In this document: piece by piece, positions 42,421-53,137 of the stretch
Numbering within the stretch: the stretch's first letter is position 1
How the letters are laid out: every line of letters starts with the position of its first letter
Assembly (NCBI GenBank): GCA_013265495.1
Contig: MU058531.1
Coordinates: forward strand, 1,736,911-1,800,910
Source of the DNA: Vicugna vicugna
Taxonomy: Eukaryota
Direction: 5' to 3'
Length of the DNA: 64,000 nucleotides
Position numbers and translations under genes: made by a program
Notes under the pieces: model-generated
Told to the model about the DNA's origin: nothing
What the model saw: the letters and a program-made list of their open reading frames with translations, nothing else
Databases searched by the model: none

Positions 42421-42704
42421 AGTTTCGCGGAGTTGCGTGGTGAGTGTGGGTGGGTGCGGCGGGGTTGGCACCTGCCGGTATGCAGGCCCTGGTGGGGCTG
42501 GGTTCGCCCCTGCGTCCCCCCCCGAGCTTTGCCCGCCTGCAGCTCCGCTGCTCCCGGTGGCCACAGCACAGGGGTAGAGCAGCGCCTGGCGGCCCGGCGA
42601 TTCGGAGGGGTGGTGTGGGGTGGGTGGGAGCTGTGAGCGTCCTAGGGCCGCCCGAGGCACACAGGCAAAAGGAAAAAAAAATTTTTTTAATATAAATACA
42701 TAAA
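42421..42704 (+). pseudogene. L1-retroposed copy of a 5'-extended box H/ACA-type RNA (246-nt body plus A-rich tail)
   Basis: TSD AAAATGGCCTCCCCAG (42405-42420) / AAAATGACCTCCCTAG (42706-42721) at a TT|AAAA site; hairpin 42506-42575, H box AGAGCA 42576-42581, hairpin 42582-42660, ACA 42661-42663 + 3 nt, then A tail. Confidence 0.75.
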
Positions 42705-45539
42705 TAAAATGACCTCCCTAGTGCTGCCTTAGAAGGTCACTTTCGGAAGATCAAGGTTGAATCCAGAAATCTGTATTTTTCATGAACTCTCTGAGAGGTT
42801 TTAAAAGAGCTAATAATGCTCAGCCCAGATTTGAAGAAATACCAATGAGTAGAAAGAGCACTTAAGAGTCAGACGTGGGTTCAGGGGGCAGCTCTTCCCT
42901 ACAAGACACTCGCTCTGAGCCTCAGTGTCTCACAAGGTTAAATTGGGGGGTGGAGATCGCACATGCCCTGCTGACCTCACGGAGTGGCCGTGGGGCTCAG
43001 CTGAGATCCTGCCTGTGAGAACACTTGGCAGAGTTATCAGCCGCATATAAATGTAAGGAGGCGTCACCTCACCTTGCCCGAGAATAAAAGATACTTGGAA
43101 GTCTGATGGACTTTCACGGCTCAGCAGCAGCTCCCAGCTGCTCCTGGGGAGCCTGCTGCAAAATCCGCACTTGTTTTCCTACTGAACACCGTCTCCTTCC
43201 TTGTGCATGGGCTTTGCCTGAGACTTCATGGCAGCTTCCCTTTTCAGGGATTTGTGGCGATTGGTTGGTTTCAGAAGCTCAGCCTTCTTACTGCGTTGGT
43301 TATGGGACTAAGGAAAAAAGTGCTCACTCTCCAGACCCATTCTTGGCCCAGTCCCGTCACAGTCCCCTGGATTGAGGAGCGCCTTTGTGACTTGAATCTA
43401 GGTTACAGATGGCCCCTGTTAATCCCATGGGGTTGCAGATGCGCCCAGGGCTTCAGGGAAGGACCAATGAAACAGAATAAATGCCTTGCGTTTGCGTTTG
43501 CCTTTCCACGTTCCTACAGAGAAATGAAAAGGTTCATAGGGGTTAATAAAATAGAGCCCGTGGGGGGTTGGCTGCCTGGGGCTCTCCACAAGAGGTGTGA
43601 CATCGTGCTGTTTCTTCAGGGCTTCAGTGGGTCACCTAGAATGTCAGAGAATAGTACCCCCTCCTCCCCCCAAAAGGAATTGATATTCTGTGGTCTCGGG
43701 AACTACTGACAGTGCAGCCTGCCTCAGCCTGTGTTAAAAGACTTTTGCTTTTCCTTCTCCCTTTTTTAAAGTGACTGTAAGCTTGGAACTGCCATTTAAA
43801 ACAAGACATAAATTACAAGAGGCCCTTTAACGCCAACACGGAGTACAAATGTTTAGCTCAAAGTGATGGACAAATCCTTCCGCTTCCTGAGAACAGCAGG
43901 CAGAGAAGGTGGCCCGGGGGTGGAGCTATCCCTGGCTGCCAGCTCACACAGCGTGCCTCCAACGTGAAGGAATACAGTCTCTCGAGTTGGTCTCCTTTGT
44001 AGGCTGTTCTTGACCTTTCATGATTACTCACAATCTTGGCGGGCCTTGTGCTTTTTTTAATAGAGACAGGGAAGCCATTTGAAGGTAGAAAGATAGTCCC
44101 TTAACTGTTGCCTATGAAACGACAATTACAGCATTTTCCCCTAGTTGTCAAAATGTTGCATTTTACCTTCTCTTTAGGGAAGGACCTGCCATTGTAAGTT
44201 TCAGACCCTAATTAAGTCAACAGTGAGTGCTAACCAGCATTTTGTGGGACGGCCTGCTTTTCTTACACATCCAGATTTTGATTCGCTTTTGCTTCAACTC
44301 TGGTAAACATTTCCAGAATGTGTACTAGAGGCAAGGCCGTGCAAAGGAGTTGGAAGCAAGAGCGATGACCAGCAACTACTACCTGTCTGTTAGGCAGACG
44401 TTTTCCTTCAGAAAACTAAAAAACATTAACTTCCCTCCATTTGCATTAGTAATTCCCCAGATTTGCTGTGCATTGGGATTACCTGGGTTTAAAAATAGTA
44501 ATAATTAAAACAAAACAAAACGACACTGTGTCAAGGCTCTCACCCCCAGAAATGCTGGTTTAACTGGGGTATGACCTGGGCCACAGGGATTTTTTAAAAG
44601 CTCCCCCAGGTGATTCAAATGTCCACAAAATTAGGGAATCCTTGGCCTAACATCTTTCCTCAGGGTTCAGCTCAGTATTTCTTCCTTCAGGAAGCCTTCC
44701 CTGATTCCCCCCCTCCCCGTCCTCCCCCCACCCAGTCAGGTGTCCCTCCCATGGACTCAAGCAGCATCTGGTACTTACCCTTTAATAATACTGGCCACCT
44801 CACTCAGTGCTCTTCCGCAGAATACTGGGAGATTATGGAGAGCAGGGCAGGGCTGGTGTCTCACACACCCTTGAAACCTGGAAGCTTGGGGCATTGTGGG
44901 TTCTGTAAGTACTAGTTGAAGGAGTGAATTAATTTTCTATTTGGACATTTCATTTTACTCATCCTGTGCATGCCAATTTACTCTTCCGGGTGATAATGTC
45001 ATTTTGCATTGCCCACTTAATCACACTTTATCAAATTTTCATGGTCATCAGATAGGTAATAGAAATGAAGCACTTACATTATTTTGTTTTATATATTTTA
45101 TAAAATATTGCCAGCTGAACTATCAAATAAAAGATCAAAATATAGTTTTTACAAGAAGAATAAATTGTTAGTTTTGGTGCAGGAACATTATTTATAAAAA
45201 CTTATTTTCATTTAGGTTTCTGTAGACTTAACTGGTTCTTCTATTTAAAACAGTTTATATTTTATGAGATAAGCTTTATAAAATTAGACAAAGTCAAATC
45301 AGTAAAAGCGTCTCCTTTTTGTCTAGTTCATATGGATTTAATGAAAGGGCGTGCGCACGCAAGCACACACACATTTCTGAAGTTTGTACCACGCTTTATT
45401 TCCAAAATTCAGACAGAGAAACAGATCTGCAAACACAGCCTCCTGTCACATCACGGAAGAGGTCAGGTTACTGGGCTTGTCAATGGGGGCCTTCAGAACC
45501 ACAGTAATTGTCTCCACGTTCCTGGCCCAGCATTTCTAG

Positions 45540-45930
45540 ATTCTGCGACGTCCGCAGACTTCTTAATGTCCCGCTCTGTAACCCTGTCGGGCCGCGTGAA
45601 TAGTGGCGAAGGTAACGTCACTGCAGAGCGCAGGGTCGGCCCGGGAGGGGCGCGGGCCTGACCAGTGGGAAGGTTGGTCGCGGAGCCGCGACATCACCCC
45701 ACCGGCATCAGGCCATCGCCTCCATTCAGCCGCGGAATGTGGGCGGGTGGAGGGACGCGCGGCCCCTCGGCCTGCCGTTAACCCTGTGCGCTCCCGTGCT
45801 GGTGCATCGCCGGGGCGCCGAGCATCACCGGACTCAGTCAGCATAGCCCGGGCGCCGAGCACCGCCCGCTCCAGCGCACAGCGCGCGGCGCTTCAGCTCG
45901 CCAATTTCATTTCTCTCTGCGTGTACGCAT
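45540..45930. promoter_or_regulatory. Intergenic (orphan) CpG island, probable enhancer or unannotated promoter
   Basis: About 400 bp dense in CpG with GC-box-like GGGCGG; no recognisable coding exon or repeat. Confidence 0.7.
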
Positions 45931-46427
45931 GACACTTTGGTGTTGTCTCTCTCTTTTGCTTTTTAAAAGCTCACCACTTAATCACCATGGTTACATTCCT
46001 TAGGACCACATCGTCTCACCTCAATTTAAACAATTAAGAAAACTTTTAAGGTAATCGTGGGGCCCGCAAAGCTCCCTTGCACAGCGCCCACAAGAGGCTT
46101 GAAGCCAGCGCCCAGGCAAGCCTCCTCCACACTTGGCACATGGAAACAGCAAGACAGTGGCCCTGACTCTCTTCCTTTTTTTCCTTTCTCTGAATGTTTA
46201 TTATATTCCCAAGTAGAGACGTAATCAGTTTCCGGTTAGCTTTTCTTTGGACTTTTTATCTAGAAAACATTTGAATCTACAGAAAAGTTGAAAATGTAGT
46301 ATAAGAAGACAAATGAATATTCATCTGTCCTCCATCTGCAGTCACCACTTGTTAGCATTTTGCCAAAAGAGCTTCATTGTTTGTCTGTATAGACAGACTT
46401 CCTTTACCTGACTTAAAAATCAATTGC

Positions 46428-47015
46428 TCATAGCAGTACTATTTACAATAGCCAAGACATGGAAGCAACCTAAAAATCATCGACAGGTGATTGGATAAAG
46501 AAGCTGCAGCATATTTATACAATGGAGTACTACTGTGCCATAAAAAAGAATAAAATAATGCCACTTGTAGAAACTTGGATGGACCCAGAGATCGTCATTC
46601 TAAGTGAAGTAAGCCAGAAAGAGAAAGAAAAATACTATGATATCACCCATATGTAGAATCTAAAAAAAAAAAAAGACACTATGAACTCACAAAACAGAAA
46701 CAGGTTTGCAGACATATTAATCTTATGGTTATGAGGGAAAAGGGGTGGGAAGGGATAAATTTGGGAGTTTGAGAGTTAGAAATATTAGCCACTATATAAA
46801 AATAGATTTTAAAAAACATTTCTTTTGTATAGCACAGGGAACTATGTTCAATATCTTATGATAACCTTTAATAAAAAATATGAAAATGAATATATGTATT
46901 TATATGCATGACTGGGACATTGTGCTATACACCAGAAATTGACACATTGTAATTGACTATACTTCGATAAAAAAACGAAAAAGAAAAAACACATGAACAA
47001 ATCTTTTTTTAAAAA
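46428..47015 (+). mobile_element. 5'-truncated L1 (ORF2 C-terminus + 3'UTR)
   Basis: ATAGCCAAGACATGGAAGCAACCTAA...CTAAGTGAAGTAAGCCAGAAAGAG; TSD AAAAAT(C/A)AATTGC at 46415-46427 and 47016-47028; interrupts an older antisense L1MC-like fragment. Confidence 0.88.
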
Positions 47016-47209
47016 AAAAATAAATTGCAGATCTCACATTTTGCTCTGAAATAATTCACATGCAGTAACTAGGATTAAGGATGTTTTTCTTCATAACCAC
47101 AATACTGTTATCACACCAAAGATAATGAATCCTAATTAAATAATATCACTTAAAAATAGGCCATATTTAAATTTTCTGAGTTGTTCAAAAAATGCCTTTT
47201 AACTAAATT

Positions 47210-47832
47210 TTTATTTTTACTTTTTTTATTGATTCATAATCATTTTACAGTGTTGTGTCAAATTCCAGTGTTCAGCATGTTCAGCACAATTTTTCAGTCA
47301 TTCATGGACATATACACACTCATTGTCACATTTTTTTCTCTGTGATTTATCATAACATTTTGTGTATATTTCCCTGTGCTATACAGTGTAATCTTGTTTA
47401 TCTATTCTACAATTTTGAAATCCCAGTCTATCCCTTCCCACCCTCTACCCCCCCCCGTAACCACAAGTCTGTATTCTCTGTCCATGAGTCTATTTCTGTC
47501 CTGTATTTATGCTTTGTTTTTGTTTGTTTTTGTTTTTTAGATTCCACATATGAGCGATCTCATATGGTATTTTTCTTTCTCTTTCTGGCTTACTTCACTT
47601 AGAATGACATTCTCTAGGAGCATCCATGTTGCTGCAAATGGCATTATGTTGTTGGTTTTTATGGCTGAGTAGTATTCCATTGTATAAATATACCACATCT
47701 TCTTTATCCAGTCACCTGTTGATGGACATTTAGGTTGTTTCCATGTTTTGGCTATTGCAAATAGTGCTGCTATGAACATTGGGGTGCAGGTGTCATCCTG
47801 AAGTAGATTTCCTTCTGGGTACAAGCCCAGGA
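47210..47832 (-). mobile_element. Young 5'-truncated L1 (ORF2 C-terminus + 3'UTR)
   Basis: ORF 47537-47860 encodes L1 ORF2p end TCTPMFIAALFAIAKTWKQPKCPS...WIKKMWYIYTMEYYSAIK...ILSEVSQKEKEKYHMRSLICGI. Confidence 0.92.
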
Positions 47833-50800
47833 TAAATTTTTTTAAAAATCCAAAATCCAATAAGGTTTCATGCTTTGCATCCAGTTCTGTTTTCTGTTTA
47901 CAGTAATTACGCTCTACAATTATTATTTTCAGCCTCTCTGCACATTTCTGGAGTTTAAATTTGTAGACTGTGGTTATTCTAGATCTGTCTTATCCCCAAG
48001 GCTAGTTAGCACATTTTGAAATCAAGATTTTGACAGAAATCCTTTGTTGTTAAGCTTCTGGCACAAATTGTGGGTTTCATGTGCAGACTAACAGTCTTCC
48101 CTGCCCTGTGGTCGGATCCAGTCTTGATGCAACAAAGCTTCCTTTCCCCAGCCTTCTCCAGAGCCAAGTGTCCTGTAAAGTCTCTTAGTCTTTCCATTTT
48201 CTCTTACTTCTCAATGATTTCCTTGCTGCTTTACAACAGCTCTGATCAAACCCAAATAAAACCATTCTGTTTCCTCTTTTTAGGTGACCTTCAAAAGCAT
48301 TGTTAAAATTCCCCAAGTCCTGTCACTCTTCTTGTCCTGTATGTGGACCTCAGAATTCTTTTCCTACAGTCCTTTTTGCCTTTTGCTTCTGGATTGTCTA
48401 TGATAAATGCCACTATGTGCCAGACACTAAGTTAAATGCTTTCTGTATACCTCATTTGATCCTCAGAACAATCTTATAGAGTTAGCACTATGAACATTAC
48501 CTCCAGGTCAAAGATGAGGGTATTGAAACAGGATAAGTAATTTGTCTAGTAACTGTGATATGGTAAGACATAGAGCTGGGACTTAGTATTCTATGATCCC
48601 ACTGAGGACACTTGGGAGTCAAAGGATGTTAAATCATCCCCTAAAGCAGTGGTTTGTTGATTCTGGAATTCCAAGACCATTAAAACCTCCTAACACATTT
48701 TAGGGAAAAACATAAGGTTGCCACTTCGTTACATTGCCAAGTGAAGACATTGAATTTTTTAAATTACCATCTATAATACTAGCCAAATTATTTTATAAAA
48801 GGGTGTCTCCCTCCCACTCCCTATAAAAAATTAGGAGGGACGTAATCTCAGAATAAAGAATGATGCTTGATCTGATAAACTCAGCTCTATCAAAATTCGC
48901 TATCATTGCTTTGTTTTTCTCATTTTTTGGTAGACAGGTATAAGCCTCCTGATGAACTGACTTTGGGTCTGCCCATGTGGGCCAACACCATCATTTTACC
49001 AATAAGGGGATGTTCATCAGATACACCTTTATGTAGCCAGATTACTGTGGTGGAGCCTGCAGACCAAGACGGAAGAGGTTAGGCCTGTAAGTCTAACAGA
49101 ACCATCAAGAGTGGTTCTCTCTTAGTTAAGGGGGAAGTTCTGATGCATCTATAAACCTGTGGATGTAGGATTGGCAGAAAGTCACTCTGATTCAGTGGAA
49201 ACAAGGAATCACAGAGGACGAAGGACTGAGGTGCTGTTGGAGGATGTTCAAGGTCTGCTGCCTGAGGATGGGACAGTTGTGCAGTAATGGAAAGACCTCA
49301 GTTCAAGTTTCAGCTCTGCTCTGTGTCCTTGGAGAAGTCACTGGATGTGTCTGAACCTGTCTCCTCACTCATAAAATGCCATCTCAAGAGGTAGATAAGA
49401 GGACATAAATGAACCTCACCAGGAAGAGGGCCTGCACATCACAAATACATTTATGAAAAATTATTAATGACCATGTGAGTACCTCTATCATCTGGGAGGG
49501 CTGGGTACTGGCATAGTATGACCTGTAACCCTAAACGTCACTTTTGTGACCACACCACGTAGTCTTCAGGGAAATAAGTCTCCATATTTTTTGCCCTATA
49601 TCCTCGGAACAAAAGGAGGCCTTGTGTGAATGCTTCTGATGTTGGAGTTTGAATTACTTCAGAGTGTAAGGAAGTTTGTCAGCAGAAACCCTTAGGCATA
49701 AAAGGGGCTGAATTTAACCTGTCAAGTCCTTCCTTTAGAGAGCAGGAATGAAGTAAATTCTTAGATGTGACAATTATATTATTATGTATTTCCCAATTGT
49801 GCTGAGAGATAATTTTCTTGTATCTCTTCTGTGTTCTGGTTCATGATTCCAGAACAACAAAGGAATAAGTGCAGTATTTACAATACACATACCAACTAGA
49901 ATTTTTTTCAATAGTTAACAATTCATACTACTCTTTGATTTGTACATATGTGGGTTGGACAAAACATTCATGAAACTTGATAGTAGTGCTTTACATTGGC
50001 AGCTAGAGATGGACATTGAATGCCAAAATTAGAAATAATTTTTATACAAATATTTATTTAATTAAGATTTAGTAAAATTCAAAATTAAATGACCATTTCA
50101 GCTTTATTTTAATAATTTTGATTTTAAATTTTGAAATGCATTAGCTCTCATTTGTGTTTTCTTTTAATTTAATAGATAATTTTTAATAGCTTAGGACAAA
50201 GTAAACTTTTTAAAATGTATAGAAATAATTTAAATGTTGGATTTTTCATTTTTAAAAATTTACGTTTTTAGTAAAGATATATTGAATTTTTGTAGCCACT
50301 GAAAATCATTACATTTTATTTTTTTAATCCCTTAGATCACTGAGAATGAGCACTAGTCGATATTGTGATAGAAAATATCCAAATGGAACTTAGAACACAA
50401 AAAAAGCTGAGAGGAAAAAGAAAATAGAACTATTTCGGAGTGATCTGTAAACTGAAGGACTTGACCATATAAAATGCACAAAAGCGGCACTAGAAATTCT
50501 TTTATGACTATTAAACTACTTATGAAAACAATGAAATCTAGCTAGAAAATTACTCATCATATCTACAGCTCGAATAAGTGTGGAAAATCTCTGTACCTCC
50601 AAATTCTTTACTAAATGGGGAAGTAATGACTAGTCAAAGCAATGAGAATTTTAAAAGAATTATTCCTTTTAAATCCAAAATCAAAACCTCGAATGCTAGT
50701 CTGGACTATTAGGAGATCAAGAAAATTACATCCATGAAGTTGGTAAGCTAGATGAAAAAGAGAAGACCTCTGGAACTTTTCTAGGGGCTGAGGGTCTTGG

Positions 50801-52111
50801 GAAATGGCCATCACATCGTTCTGCCAGCCAGCATGAGGATGTTTCTAGCAAAAAAAAAAAAATTGAAAGAACAAAAGAAAGAGCAGAATGCCTTGAGTGT
50901 CTAATGGCTGCCATATTGGGCAGTGCAGTGCATAGTGTGAATTTATATCAGGAGACATGGCCTCAACTGTGATAATAGCAGTGCCACTCTTTGGAACAAT
51001 TCAAACATTATAAGTGATACTTTCTGGATCTGCCCAGAAATGTCACATCTTGATGAAATGCATATCAAAATTGTCCTTTTAGACATACAATGTGAGAGCC
51101 TATTAAATGCTCTAAAGCAATTAGGCTTAACCTAGACAAGACAGAAGATGTGTGAGACGAGTTACGTGGAACAATAGATCTTCAAAAGAAAGATAAATTG
51201 TGGTTGTTTGGTGATAGAAAATGAAATTAATTTTAAATGTGTTCTAGCCACACTTACTTGGTATAAGTATCACTTACTGTTAAAAAGGTTATCAAAAGCT
51301 TGTAAGAATAATACATAGGTTCAAAATTGCCTGTTTCACTTTTAAAAGGATTAAAAATACTTTTTTAAGTTTAGTGAAAATTGGTTCTTTAAATTGAATG
51401 AAGCCACATATGACCTATGAACAAAAGTGACATTCCAATAAAACATAAGGAAATCAAAATGAAAAATAATATGTTTGCATGACTTTGAAGGCCCTGCAAA
51501 CACTGGAGGAGGACCTAAACAGAGAATGGCTATTTGGTGTGATGTCTCTGTCTAAATAGTTGTAGTATTCCCACCCCTATTGCCAAAGCGCTGAGAAGCA
51601 ATCCCTTACCCCGTGGCCTCCCCTGGTGGCTTACCCTCTCTCTCTTGCACTTCCAGAGAGACTCTAGTGGGACAGACCTTCTTTGGGATGGGCTCCCAGA
51701 TTTAGTGCAGCCCTCCCTTCCCTGGGGACCTGGCACGACTTCCTAGGGGTTAGGTGGGAAGTCAGTTTGAGCAACACCACGCAGTGCAGGGTGCCTTTAA
51801 TCCCCACCAGCTGTTCCACCTGGGAGGTTAATAGGCAGCAATCATTCCCCAACTCGTGCGGGGTTCAGACCGGGACAGGCCACCAACACAAGTCCACACG
51901 CTCATTAGCCCTTCTCACTCTTAGATCTGAGTTCTCACTTTCAATATTTAACAAGGACCAGGAGCCTATGAATTTCAATTAGGATCTAATGGTGAACTTT
52001 GAGATAAACAGTAAAATGAAAAACAAAGCAACTTTTATGTTATTGATATTGAATTTTAAAAAGCTGCATTTATTACCAAAGTAGAACACCAGTTATGCCT
52101 ATATTGTTTTC

Positions 52112-52395
52112 TTTTTATTTTAATTACTTAATTTAAGTGTAGTTGATTTACAATATTGAATTAGTTTCAGGTGTATGGCAAAGTGATCCAAAATACATAT
52201 ATATTCTTTTTCAGATTCATTTCCATTATAGGTTATTAAAAGATATTGAATATAGTTCCCTGTGCTATACAGCAGGTCCTTGTTGTTCATCTATTTTATA
52301 TACAGTAGTGTGTATATGTTAATTCCAAACACCTGATGTAACCCTGTCCCCAACCCCCTTTCCCATTTGGTAGCCATAGTTTGTTTTCTGTCTGT
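52112..52395 (-). mobile_element. Cetartiodactyl-type L1 3'UTR fragment
   Basis: AGTGTAGTTGATTTACAATATT...GATATTGAATATAGTTCCCTGTGCTATACAGCAGGTCCTTGTTG. Confidence 0.8.
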
Positions 52396-52580
52396 TAAAT
52401 GGTTTTCTAAATTATTTTCAAATTTTTAAAGAATCAAAATTTAAGAAAATCATTTAGCCATTAAACAATAGTTGCTGTTATTATTTTTTTTAAATGGCAA
52501 ATGAAACTGCATGGCTAGTAAAAGAAAAGGCCTCCTCTGCTATTTTGAACAAATTGACCACTAAGCAGTAGCCAAATTTT

Positions 52581-52622
52581 GAGGCTGCTAGGAACTCGAG
52601 GCTGCTAGGAACTCAAGGCTGC
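52581..52622 (+). repeat. 17-bp tandem repeat, about 2.5 copies
   Basis: GAGGCTGCTAGGAACTC GAGGCTGCTAGGAACTC AAGGCTGC. Confidence 0.9.
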
Positions 52623-53066
52623 AGCCAATTGCCCCTGCTGGCCACTTCCAGCTCCTCCCCTCTTACATCCTACCAGCTGGTCCTTATGAGACTAATTATT
52701 CCTCCTGCAAATAACTTCAGCTCTCCAGTCTTCAATCTGCCCCCAGCCGCCTTAAGGCAGCCTACTTGCTTGTAGGTACACATGCTGTCATCTTGCACTG
52801 AGGTCCTCCTTCCTGCTGGGTGACTCACTGAAAGTTTTCACAGTTACTCAAAGTGATTTCAACCTTCCAGATTTTCCTGAGGGTTTGTGTTGTGGATTCC
52901 AAGAGGCCTTTGCAGGAATATCCAAACCCATGGAAGAAGCTGGCTGCGTTACCCACGTGTTGAGACCACTGGTGTGAGCTAAGGAATGAAAGATCTGACG
53001 GTCTTAAAAATCTTCCTTCCTCTAGGCACATTGCTGGCAGTAAGTTTTCAAAATACTCCAATCCTC

Positions 53067-53069
<3 letters not shown>

Positions 53070-53135
<66 letters not shown>
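53070..53135 (+). repeat. Compound (GT)n(GA)n microsatellite
   Basis: (GT)14 directly followed by (GA)18. Confidence 0.95.

Positions 53136-53137
<2 letters not shown>

Noticed and set aside
42421..42666. TERC (telomerase RNA) pseudogene
   Set aside because: It shares H/ACA, CR7-like features and short words (GTTCGCCCCT, GGAGGGGTGGTG), but has no CTAACCCT template, no CR2/CR3 pseudoknot, no CR4/5 P6.1 sequence and no colinearity. Proximity to TNKS2 is probably coincidence.
42372..42695. Overlapping short ORFs in the GC-rich insert
   Set aside because: Expected from stop-codon scarcity in GC-rich DNA; no recognisable protein and they cross the TSD or tail
45332..45932. ORFs of 99-109 aa at the CpG island
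   Set aside because: Low-complexity products of GC richness with no family resemblance
50340..51300. Possible decayed transposase or pseudogene fragment
   Set aside because: No translatable homology recognisable by eye; needs a TBLASTX or Dfam search
52581..52622. CRISPR-like or functional repeat array
   Set aside because: Simple 17-bp tandem duplication without spacers in a mammalian genome
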